From Antedon mediterranea (taxonomy: Eukaryota; Animalia; Echinodermata), in assembly GCF_964355755.1 (NCBI RefSeq), contig NC_092678.1, positions 24,569,365-24,633,364 on the forward strand: DNA of 64,000 bases. Reading direction: 5' to 3'. Below the pieces are notes generated by a model. It did not search any database. It was not told where the DNA came from and saw nothing but the letters and a program-made list of their open reading frames with translations. This document shows, piece after piece, positions 54,001 to 64,000 of the stretch (position 1 is the stretch's first letter; each line of letters starts with the position of its first letter). The translations under genes and the position numbers were made by a program.

Positions 54001-54919
54001 ACCCCTCCTAATAGACACAATCCTGTCACCCCTCCTAACAGACACAATCCTGTCACCCCTCCTAACAGACACAATCCTGTCACCCCTCCTAACAGACACA
54101 ATCCTGTCACCCCTCCTAATAGACACAATCACTGAACAACACAAGATCACATTTTACGTGTTCAATGGCACAAGTCCGTGGCCACTGAACAACACAAGAT
54201 CACATTTTACGTGTTCAATGGCACAAGTCCGTGGCCACTGAACAACACAAGATCACATTTTACGTGTTCAATGGCACAAGTCCGTGGCCACTGAACAACA
54301 CAAGATCACATTTTACGTGTTCAATGGCACAAGTCCGTGGCCACTGAACAACACAAGATCACATTTTACGTGTTCAATGGCACAAGTCCGTGGCCACTGA
54401 ACAACACAAGATCACATTTTACGTGTTCAATGGCACAAGTCCGTGGCCACTGAACAACACAAGATCACATTTTACGTGTTCAATGGCACAAGTCCGTGGC
54501 CACTGAACAACACAAGATCACATTTTACGTGTTCAATGGCACAAGTCCGTGGCCACTGAACAACACAAGATCACATATAAATCTAAAAATCCCTTTTACT
54601 GTATATTAAATTTAATATTATATCTTGTAAAATGTGTTATAATCTTGTGGGAGTTTGCTAAAATTATTAAAGAAGAGTTGTTTGAATTTTGTTTTTAATG
54701 TTGAAAATGTTTTTGCAGATGTTGTGATATTTACAATTGCGGTTCCATAACATTTTGCCATGTATTTTAATTGTGCCGCTATGTCGCAATAGAATGAAAA
54801 GAAAAGAAACTCTCTTTCTCACTTTAATATATTGATATTGTATAATAATTTTAATAATGATTTATATTTTCTCAGCTCATCAACAACACACAGCCTTTGA
54901 AGGAGGAGCCAAAAAGTGA
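48032..54919 (+). CDS. EIF4E3: Eukaryotic translation initiation factor 4E type 3 (class III), 216 aa, 7 coding exons
   Basis: Exons 48032-48186, 48740-48812, 49832-49926, 50271-50331, 50990-51056, 51438-51593, 54876-54919 (651 nt). Peptides GVPLNTPWTFWVDRSVPGTTAAEY, FWKVFNNIP, CSYHLMRG..PIWEE..NAHGGDWKLKVPK, VWKEVLLAAIGEQF, EDVIQIWN, FYKSHQQHTAFEGG. Confidence 0.95.
49032..49575. mobile_element. ~545-bp MITE in EIF4E3 intron 2 (TIR ATACCCCTTTCACACCAAAA); decayed relative at ~45260-45365
   Basis: Perfect ~20-bp TIRs and subterminal CTCCGGAG repeats at both ends. Confidence 0.85.
50797..50928. mobile_element. MITE family A copy in EIF4E3 intron 4
   Basis: TGTGCCCATATATGGACATGATGATGTCATATCACTACCATATTTGGGCA...TGTAGACAGAGCTTTA. 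Confidence 0.8.
51165..51345 (+). mobile_element. 5'-truncated SINE remnant, possibly with a Deu/Nin-like core
   Basis: CTCCGGATAC..TTAACCGTAGGTCC core-like motif and an A-rich (TAAA/TAA)n tail; judged by eye. Confidence 0.4.
51786..54129. repeat. 27-bp minisatellite, ~87 copies (CCTAA(T/C)AGACACAATCCTGTC(A/G)CCCCT), in EIF4E3 intron 6
   Basis: Continuous array; produces the many GLCLLGG / PPNRHNPV / IRRGDRIV pseudo-ORFs. Confidence 0.97.
54130..54576. repeat. 53-bp tandem repeat, ~8.4 apparently identical copies
   Basis: CACTGAACAACACAAGATCACATTTTACGTGTTCAATGGCACAAGTCCGTGGC repeated with no spacers, abutting the 27-mer array. Confidence 0.95.
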
Positions 54920-55171
54920 TGCTTCCCCCTGTAGTCAGTTATGGGTATAAATTCAAAAAGAGAGCTGTATGGTAGTGTTGAAGGTCAGTGTGTTTGTGAC
55001 CCATGTGGAATGTGCAATTAATGTATGTTATATTTAAGACATACAGCTCAGATTTGAAAAAATTAATATTTAAAAGAGTTGCTAGAGCTGCCTAGGCAAC
55101 TTTCATGGAATTTGTGAAAATACTATTTTTTTTAATGCTAAAACATAGTACTTTTTACATGGCTCAGTATA

Positions 55172-55293
55172 CTATAGGTAAAGCACGGAGGTATAAAAAT
55201 AATTACTATAGGTAAAGCACGGAGGTATAAAAATAATTACTATAGGTAAAGCACGGAGGTATAAAAATAATTGTATACCTCCGTAGGTAAAGC
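55172..55293. repeat. 34-bp unit x3 ending in a hairpin with a 7-bp flanking direct repeat
   Basis: CTATAGGTAAAGCACGGAGGTATAAAAATAATTA x3, then TATACCTCCGTAGGTAAAG. Confidence 0.8.
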
Positions 55294-57611
55294 AATGAAT
55301 GTTTGGACCAATGAAGTGGTAGTTTGTGATGTCTTGATTTTAAGGTGCTAATTTTAAACGCTGATGTGTTAGGGGTGGGCTTCTTTTATAGTGTTTCAGT
55401 GTGTTAAATGCTGACGGGTTAGAGAGGCTTCTTTTATAGTGTGTCAATTTTGTTAAAAGGGGTGGGTTAGGGGTGGGCTTCTTTTGTAGTGTTATGTGTG
55501 CTGCCATGTAGATTTTAAAATCATAGTTTTAAGTGATTTGCTTTGTATATTGAGAGTACTTACTTATTTATTGGTAAGCCTACTAAACACAGTTGCACCG
55601 TTGTTGCATTTTACCACTAGTTGTTACATGCCATGTGTGTTAATTCGTTAGTGGCGCCACAACACCAACCTGGTTCCTTGATGCCCAATGTAAAAATATG
55701 GTTGGTTGTGAGGTTATAGTATGACAATTTTAAGCGGTCTTTTTTCTTTGTTGACCGAGGTCCCCCTAAATTTGTTTAATTGAAATTAAAAAAATAGGAC
55801 ATAGGTTAAGTACAGAACTTAATTTAACCATTTAAACCCCTTTCCTTATATCACAATCTTGGATCCTCCACTGGTTATGTCAGATTACCATGTCTGGCCA
55901 AAAACAAAGACTTGTTCAGAACTTAAAATCTGTTAAAACACACATGTATTTTTTTACATTTATCATTCTTGAATCAACTTATTTAAGTATATTTTACAGT
56001 ATTGTATTAATTTTCATTTACTCTTTATATTTAATTATTTTGTTTCCCTTTTCAAATAAGTAATTGTGGACAATAACAAATTAACTAAATCAATTTAGTA
56101 GTTGAATTGAAAGAAATTAATTGTCATTTGCCTCCTATAGTAATTTTAGTATAAGGTGTTTAAGCAATAAATGATTCATATACACAGTATAGTTTATATT
56201 GAATTTAAAGACATTTCTGGTTACCATAAATGTAATGACTTAAGATGGGCTTACAATGATCACACTAATAACCTGGCAGTTATCCAGACCGTACAGAACC
56301 CTGCTGTGACAGATTTCATGTGAATCGTACCCCTTTTCCGTGATTAGTAGATCATGGCTTGGTACAAACGTTGTAGCTGTACCCTAGTAGTCGTCGAGCA
56401 TTAAACCATTACAAAACGCCGTCTTAATATTTTGTTGTGTGTGCCATTTTAGTGCGCAAATTTTAAACAATTTGTACAATTGAGGAAAAATCCGTTTTAA
56501 GGAGTATTTTTGTTTGCAGTAATTTTAGAGCTATGCAAAATGCTTGTGTAAATAGACACCTATCTAATAAAAATGTAATTGTAAATTTTATTGTACATTT
56601 AGAAAATTCATATTTTATGTGTAAATTAAGCTACTTAAATTTCGATCTTGCCTCTAATATACACCACTAAGTGTTAATTATTGTAAATAATTGTAGTTTC
56701 TCAACTCAACTATGTTTTATTTGTTTATTTAGGATTGGTTACTATACCATTAGAAGTAAAGTAAAAATGGGTTACTATTTAAGAGTATTTGGGAGTTTTG
56801 GCACACATCACATGTTGTTCCTTGGGGTCAATTTATCCTAAGTTAAGACATTTTCTCCTAAATTAAATGCATAAATACCTTATCCATAGAGTATTGCTCC
56901 CAATTATTACCTTGTATTGTATATCATGGTATTTAAACTCTATAGATTGAAAGATTTCAATGTTACAAAAGGTGCTGAATGAATACTGTACTGTATTAAG
57001 TTAGCCATTCAAACATCGTCTTATTCTTTGTTATTTCTTATCTAATTTACTTCTTGTACAAGACTGTAAACAAAGGGTAACATTTCAAAATTAAATTATA
57101 CATCAATACTTTTTAAATGTTTTTGAATTGTTGATCTGTTGTTTTTACCAATTGCGAGTTATCATGTTTCCCATAGAGATATCTGATAAAGCTAGAGGTG
57201 AATGTTAGGATTCTTGCGTGTATGTGCATCCGTCATGTGTATCTGTGCGTCCGTGCGTTGCCTCTTCAATCTTCACTTTCGTAAGTACCTGTAATCTAGG
57301 TGAAGGGAACCAATAGGTAAACATCATGTACCAAAGTCTACAATTGGCCAATAACAAAATATCACCTAGTTTACTCACCTTTTTGGCCCCTTTATTTGAA
57401 GGTCGAATGATAACACAAATATTATATTACAGATTACCTTTTGTACACTTGCTTGTACATACAGTACCACACCCCACTATAATAGTAACAGTTATTCTTT
57501 GAAACTTGAAAAAGCAAGAACAACTGGTAGAACAACTGGTAGAACACCGACGGTATCTGCTGCGATAGGCATCAACATTTGGAAGACTTAGAATCATTGT
57601 GCTGTTAAAAA

Positions 57612-58457
57612 ATGACTTCTGCTAAATCTTCTCCTCAGTCTGTGCGTGTCATCCTTTGGTCTGCACCTCGCTGTATGTCAACCGCTTTCACTCGATCCAT
57701 AATGACCTGTGAAGAAGCAGAAGTGTTCCATGAGAATTACGCCGCTGCCTATTTCTTGGGTCCTGAAAGATCTGACCGATTTGGCAAGTTGTCAACCAGT
57801 GTTTGTCTTTCACCGTATCATACTTATAACTATGTAAAGGCAATGCTACAAGAGAACATGTCTCCTGGCAAGCAATTTGTGTTTGTAAAGGACTTTCCAT
57901 TTGCCTTGCAAAAGATGTACGATAAGATACCAGAGGGCTTTGTGCATACGTTCCTCATTCGCAACCCAACAAAGGTGTTTATGTCTATACGAGAGAGATA
58001 CAACACTTGCTGGAGAAGACTTCGTTTTGGAACCGAAATACAAACGTACCAGCCCGAGTGCCACCTTTTCTTTGAAGAACTTTGGAAAGTATACAACCAT
58101 TTAAAAAATAATCTTAAGAAACCTGTTCTTGTTATTGATGTTGATGACTTCTTAAAAGATCCGGACGCCATGATGCAAGAGTATTGCCAGTTTACTGGCA
58201 TTCCGTTTAGAAGGTCAATGTTGTCATGGAAACAGCGCAGAATATTTGAAATGGATTGGACTTGTAGTAAGCCATTGAACTACCTGGCTTGGTGGTTTGG
58301 TTGGTATGATAACGCATTAAATAGTGACGGCTTCCACAAATCAAAAAGAAAAAGCACAATCCCAGACGTATCTATGCTGCCACCAGATATTAGACAAGTT
58401 GTTGAAGTTAGTGAACCGTATTACAACCTTCTATATAACGAAAGACTAACCATTTGA
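57612..58457 (+). CDS. P-loop sulfotransferase-like protein (family often auto-annotated as branched-chain aminotransferase-like), 281 aa, intronless ORF
   Basis: ILWSAPRCMSTAFTRS (5'-phosphosulfate loop-like), VFHE, FVKD, HTFLIRNP..VFMS, VIDVDDFLKDP..MM..YC..GIPF..SMLSW, WYDNALNSDGF. No aminotransferase domain is present. Confidence 0.85.
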   Translation: MTSAKSSPQSVRVILWSAPRCMSTAFTRSIMTCEEAEVFHENYAAAYFLGPERSDRFGKLSTSVCLSPYHTYNYVKAMLQENMSPGKQFVFVKDFPFALQKMYDKIPEGFVHTFLIRNPTKVFMSIRERYNTCWRRLRFGTEIQTYQPECHLFFEELWKVYNHLKNNLKKPVLVIDVDDFLKDPDAMMQEYCQFTGIPFRRSMLSWKQRRIFEMDWTCSKPLNYLAWWFGWYDNALNSDGFHKSKRKSTIPDVSMLPPDIRQVVEVSEPYYNLLYNERLTI

Positions 58458-58737
58458 AAACATGCAGAACAAGAATGTAACGCATCATCAGTGACATTAT
58501 ACGCACTTCTTTCGTCTCTTAGCGATATCATTACTAATGATTATGCCCATATATTCCATTAAACAGTAAAAACAATATCGGCCGAAGCACACAAAATTAA
58601 AACAAACATTAGTAACAAGAAAGAAGAACCAGTTAATTAATAATGTTAATGGATTAATGAAGTATTGATTAAATGTGCAAATTAATAAGCCAAGTTGAGT
58701 GTTGTTAGTAATGAACTAATTTGCCATATTATATGTA

Positions 58738-59054
58738 TATTATACAAATAATGAATGTTTATGAGTGCAATGGTACAAATAATGGCACGAGGTAAATGAT
58801 GAAAGGTTATATCAACGAGGCAAAGCCGAGTTGATATAACCTTTCATCATTCACCAAGTGCCATTATTTGTACCATTACACGAATACAAAACATTCATTA
58901 TTTGTTTTATATAACATCTAGACGTTTTTTTTTCGTACACAAAAATGTTTCAAAAAGTACTATTTAACGATCGTTGAATAGTGCGTACTATTGCACGCCA
59001 TGTGACCCACATTCGTCCAATCAAATGACAGGAATTTATATAGGTGTTATATAA
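58738..59054 (+). mobile_element. ~317-bp hairpin-forming interspersed element, copy 1
   Basis: ~70-bp inverted arms around the loop GAGGCAAAGCCGA, plus a second inverted pair TTATATAACATCTA / TAGGTGTTATATAA; near-identical to 62301-62618. Confidence 0.85.
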
Positions 59055-59639
59055 AATGTGTTATCCTATAGAGTCGTAGTATAATAATATAATGGGTGAA
59101 TTTTAACCATGTTGTCATATAATTTTGTCTGCACATATTACGTACCCCTACGCACGGGCAAGCGGTAATCGTAAGAAGTGACAGTGAACTTTTTGTTGTA
59201 TGTGATCGGGCGCGATGTTATTAGTACAATGGTGGGTAGACTTGTAAATATAGTTGATTTGCGAATGATGCCGATTGTTACAAAGAGAGGATACCGCGTC
59301 GTAAGTGCGCGCGCGCGTATGGTAATTTTAATAAATCCGTACAAAGGGACACCGACAAGCAACTGCGTACTTATCACTAGTAACTACTGTACACGTTTCG
59401 GGTGGTCCCTGTAAGTTGTCTTCGACGCAAGTTGTACCCTGATATTGAATATTGAGTTTGAAGGAAGAATTTTTAGTAGACCTAAGAATCTGTTGTCCTC
59501 CTCTGAATAATGTATTGTGACGCGCGTAGTGATTGTTTGATGATGAATGATGCATATTGTTACAAAGGGTACCGCCCCATAACTATTGTTATTAGTAATA
59601 AATTAAATAAATAAACCGACAGACAAGTAATGTACAGCC

Positions 59640-59875
59640 TTTGGTGGTCCCTGTAACTTGTCATGGACGGTTGAACCACAATGAGAATGGGTTTTTTTAC
59701 GCTAGCAGCGAGGACACCGACATCTCAACACGACTGTTTCATCTGATGCAGGTATTTGGTGGTCCCTGTAACTCGTCATGGTTGAACCACAATGAGAATG
59801 GGTTTTTTTACGCTAGCAGCGAGGAGGACACCGACATCTCAACACGACTGTTTTATCTGATGCAGGTATTTGGTA
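59640..59875. repeat. ~115-bp tandem duplication
   Basis: TTGGTGGTCCCTGTAACT...GGTTGAACCACAATGAGAATGGG...ATCTGATGCAGGTATTTGGT x2. Confidence 0.85.
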
Positions 59876-59877
59876 CC

Positions 59878-60588
59878 TTTAAGGTAGCGCACGTACAATT
59901 TTAGGTAGCGCACGTCCAATTTTAGGTAGCGCACGTCCAATTTTAGGTAGCGCACGTCCACTTTTAGGTAGCGCAAGTCCACTTTTAGGTAGCGCAAGTC
60001 CACTTTTAGGTAGCGCAAGTCCACTTTTAGGGAACGCACATCCACTTTTAGGTAGCGCAAATCAACTTTTAGGTAGCGCACGTCCACTTTTAGGTAGCGC
60101 AAGTCCACTTTTAGGTAGCGCACGTCCACCTTTAGGTAGCGCACATCCAGTTTTAGGTAGCACAAGTCCACTTTTAGGTAACGCACGTCCACTTTTAGGT
60201 AGCGCAAGTCCACTTTTAGGTAGCGCACGTCCAATTTTAGGTAGCGCACGTTCAATTTTGGGTAGCGCACATCTACTTTTAGGTAGCACACATCCAGTTT
60301 TAGGTAGCGCAAGTCCACTTTTAGGTAGCGCACGTCCAATTTTAGGTAGCGCACGTCCACTTTAAGGTAGCGCAAGTCCACTTTTAGGTAGCGCAAGTCC
60401 ACTTTAAGGTAGCGCACGTACAATTTTAGGTAGCGCAAGTCCACTTTAAGGTAGCGCACGTACAATTTTAGGTAGCGCACGTCCAATTTTAGGTAGCGCA
60501 CGTCCAATTTTAGGTAGCGCACGTCCACTTTTAGGTAGCGCACGTCCAATTTTAAGTAGCGCAAGTCCAATTTTAGGTAGCGCAAGTA
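59878..60588. repeat. 21-bp minisatellite, ~34 copies (TTTTAGGTAGCGCA(C/A)GTCCA(C/A))
   Basis: Continuous array; gives the RYLKVDL pseudo-ORF. Confidence 0.95.
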
Positions 60589-60871
60589 GTAGTTAGTAGA
60601 GCTAAAGCAACCGGATCACTACCAAAACGACCAGGTATTATCATTTATACGCATGTCTTTTTTAAAGCATGTAGCAAAGTTAACAATTTGCACTAACGTA
60701 ATTATTTGCATAATTTTATACGTAAAATATTAAATACTATGGAACGCCACAAAGTTGGTATGACAAGCATTTTGTGCATTAAGTAAACTTTGTAATGAAA
60801 TTATTTGAATAATGTTAAGCAATGGTCTTGAGTTGTACGAGTATATAATATGATTTTAAATTAAATTGCAG

Positions 60872-61090
60872 ATACTATAAATGAGGAATTACCCGCCTTT
60901 GAGCCTACAGGAATGTTTGTTCGAACAGCATCAGGGGGCGTCATTGAGGTCGAAGGTTATAGTAAACAGACTCAGGATCAACAAGCACCTTCTAGAATAC
61001 TTGACCTCCGCGTAGTGCAGACGTCATACGCTGAACAAAGTGTCATTTTACAATGGACGGCTGTGGGTGACGATTTTGATAAGGGCACAG
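60872..61090 (+). CDS. Isolated CLCA-like exon (calcium-activated chloride channel regulator, linker into FnIII domain); gene fragment or pseudo-exon
   Basis: TTGCAG acceptor and AG|GTATGT donor; 219 nt open. FVRTASGG..V...D..APSRILDLRV...VILQWTAVGDDFDKGT matches the CLCA motif F.RTASGG...PP.KI.DL...L.WTAPGDD.D.G. Confidence 0.72.
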
Positions 61091-62300
61091 GTATGTTTTA
61101 GTCATGTTTATGCAAGCCAGCATTCTTCCAAAAAGTTCCAAACTTAGTATTGACTTCTTTTTGTCCGTTAATCCTTCTTTGTTCAGTTTAATAATATAAA
61201 ATATTTCTTATATTGTTTGAAAGTTTTATGGTGATAATAATAAATACTGTATATCGAACACAAAAGCATTCCGTACACACCGTATGCCTAATGGCTGTTT
61301 TGCTAAGTACCGCTTTTTTTTACTATTATTCAATGTCAGTGGCACATTGTGTCGATACAAAAATACATAAGACACAGCGTGTCTCATGCGAACCGATTTT
61401 GTCTTTTATTCACTAACAAATTTAGGCAACGACCCCCACCGCAGCTCATATTCACAGCTCACTGGATGTCAACCCATTGCTATATTATGTATTTTCATTT
61501 TGCGTTATGATCGTATCGTGTCGCCAAGAACAAACAGTCGAAATTCTTAGATCTTAGAATAATTTCATGAAATGTTTGTTTGCTTCTTTGTTTTTAATGA
61601 ATAGTAAATCACATCATATCGTGATCGGAGAAACACCATTTAGTAGAAAAAGAATGATAATGACGATGGTTTTGATTCATCACGAATGTTTTTCTTGATA
61701 TTAGTTTGTTCCTTCCCTTCCCGGATTGAAATAAATAATCAGAGTTGCGTAAACAATCCGAATACAATATACCCCTATTCGGAAGACACCCTTATTTTGG
61801 AGACACCCATATTTTTGGGAAATACTCCTATTCAGGGCAATTGTAGAACAAGAACGAGATACACTTTTTTTAGTCCCAAAGTGTCCAGGGTTGTCAGTAA
61901 AAACATTTGACTTGGATGTGTGGATGGTTGTTAGTGAGGTGACGCATCCACAATTTAATATAGTTTATTATATATTACATCACGACCGGCCAAATAATGG
62001 TTGTCGTCCATCCGCACTCTCACGCCTATTTACACATTTAAATGTATTCAATACTTTAAGAAGAAGAGTAGTGTGTAAAACGTAGCAACATAATATCTAT
62101 ACTTATAGTGTATTTCCTACCGCACGTGGATATTCAAGAATACCGCGTCGGGTTTGATCATCGATGAACACGTGACAACAATGACAACAAAACATGGAAT
62201 ATTATTAAACAAGTACGTCTTCGATAACATACTTAAACCATGAAATCTCGTGAACCTAATAATGTTTTAAACGTAAGACATTGTTGTTTACAACAGTGAT

Positions 62301-62618
62301 TATTATACAAATAATGAATGTTTATGAGTGCAATGGTACAAATAATGGCACGAGGTGAATGATGAAAGGTTATATCAACGAGGCAAAGCCGAGTTGATAT
62401 AACCTTTCATCATTCACCAAGTGCCATTATTTGTACCATTACACGAATACAAAACATTCATTATTTGTTTTATATAACATCTAGACGTTTTTTTTTCGTA
62501 CACAAAAATGTTTCAAAAAGTACTATTTAACGATCGTTGAATAGTGCGTACTATTGCACACCATGTGACCCACATTCGTCCAATCAAATGACAGGAATTT
62601 ATATAGGTGTTATATAAA
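62301..62618 (+). mobile_element. ~317-bp hairpin-forming interspersed element, copy 2
   Basis: Same orientation as 58738-59054 with only a few differences. Confidence 0.85.
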
Positions 62619-63692
62619 TGCTTTTATGAAAGCCTAGTAGTAAGCTAGGCATATACTATGACTTTTGAGGCACAAAGCTCAAACTACAAATAGGTAGCCT
62701 GGTGCGCTACGAAACGCATGCTATGAACCAGGGAAGAGTGATTTCCCTGCTATGAACACTAGCCGATGCCTTTTGTTATGAACTCATTATCTATTAAATA
62801 TACTCTGAACAGGGTCTACTTTGTACATTCATTTAAAATATCATTTGGTTAAACTTGGGGAATGAGTATTATTGACATTCCTTTCCATAATAAAAATACT
62901 ATTTGTTTTTTCAAACAAATAAATTAATAAATAAAAATAATAACGAAAGCCAGCATGATAATTAAGAGATTGCCGTGGGATTGTCATTATTAGGCACCTC
63001 TTCTCTCCCCCTCGCTCTTGGAAAAATTATTGGACACATACTGAATGTGATGAGTAGTAATGGATAACATTGGCCTACAAAATGGCTGTTCGTTAAAAAC
63101 ACTGTCGTTTATCAACACGCACACACACCTTGCAAACAAAAATGCCGCACAATTAAAATAGTTGCATATATTAGCGAAGGATCCAATGAAATCGCGAACA
63201 ATTCAGTTTTTGAATAGCTGCGTGACGTGCACCTGTACTTCATTCACCGGTCTACTGTAGCGGAACGGGTTTTGCAGTGTGGGTAAGTAACAGAACATCA
63301 TTTTGTACATTTTGATGAATTATATTAATCTAAATAGTCCACTTTTTAATTTTAATAGTCTATATTCACTCTCTGAATCGAATTAAGAATATATTGAAGC
63401 CTCTAACCACCTCTATTACTAATAGTAGGCTACACTTCCAGTAGCTAGGCATATTGCTTGTTTTGGAATTCACTCTGTTTGGTCGCCCGTCTTCGTCGGC
63501 GGTTATCGTTGACATGTAAGGGCCTAAGCCAAGGACACGTTTCCCAATACAATTCCAGTTATTTGATATCTTATTATAAAAGTTGTATATTGAATGAAAT
63601 GGTGGACAATTTAGACGCCATTTTGACCACCATTTAATCCAAGAGGCGAATAATTATCAATTTCCGGTCATCGTACCAAAATGGGGAGAATC

Positions 63693-63852
63693 ACTCTACT
63701 ACATTATCAAACTAGTTTGACAAAAAAAAGTGTGATGTGCCCAAATATGGTAGTGATACTGATATTCCTAAGTTTTGTAGTGATCATCATGTGGTCCATG
63801 AGCACATCACATTTTTTGTCACATAAAGTTTGATATTGTAGGCAGAGCTTTA
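63693..63852. mobile_element. MITE family A copy
   Basis: CTACATTATCAAACTAGTTTGAC...TGTGATGTGCCCAAATATGG...AAAGTTTGATATTGTAGGCAGAGCTTTA. Confidence 0.8.
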
Positions 63853-64000
63853 CCAAATTACATGTAGGCCTATTTAAACATTATTTAGATTTTAAGTGAA
63901 TCCATTATTTTGATGATTAAGTAATTCCTAAGTCACAGTCACACATGTTCGGTACACTAACAATAAATATTCTTTTTAAGGGTAATCAATGTATTTTTGT

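Noticed and set aside
51642-54150. Long ORFs (GLCLLGGVT, PPNRHNPV, IRRGDRIV)
   Set aside because: Reading-frame artefacts of a 27-bp minisatellite within EIF4E3 intron 6.
54130-54576. Regular 53-bp repeats resembling a CRISPR array
   Set aside because: Units are contiguous with no unique spacers, there are no cas genes, and the array lies in a eukaryotic intron.
57170-57420. Possible DINE/Helentron-like remnant with a GTCY-type microsatellite
   Set aside because: Too decayed to define ends with confidence.
59839-60585. 248-aa RYLKVDL heptad-like ORF
   Set aside because: Translation of a 21-bp minisatellite with no ATG start or unique flanking coding sequence.

Overview
AT-rich, intron-containing eukaryotic DNA from an invertebrate animal (a non-vertebrate deuterostome such as an echinoderm is my inference from gene content and repeat style). 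Six genes can be rebuilt from GT-AG splice sites: BRPF1/peregrin (-, 11 coding exons), a secreted 4-Kazal plus mucin-like protein (-), a single-coding-exon SREB-family GPCR (GPR27/85/173-like, -), the microprotein SMIM30 (-), EIF4E3 (+, 7 exons, divergent from SMIM30), and an intronless P-loop sulfotransferase-like gene (+). There is also one orphan CLCA-like exon. The mobile fraction is large: a decayed Academ (XPG + Cys-finger) DNA transposon nested in a MITE, several MITE families, tRNA-derived SINEs, LINE fragments and minisatellites. The main finding is the compact SREB-SMIM30-EIF4E3 block. It appears to join two gene pairs that are separate in vertebrates (GPR85-SMIM30 and GPR27-EIF4E3, recalled from memory), so it may be the pre-duplication arrangement. 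Other notable items are the Academ rebuilt from an inverted copy of its own 3' end, 16-34 bp palindromic insertions with 7-8 bp target duplications, Kazal domains lacking the CysII-CysIV bridge, and a stop-free BRPF1 intron with a triplicated 5' splice site. Coordinates were read by eye and may be off by a few bases.
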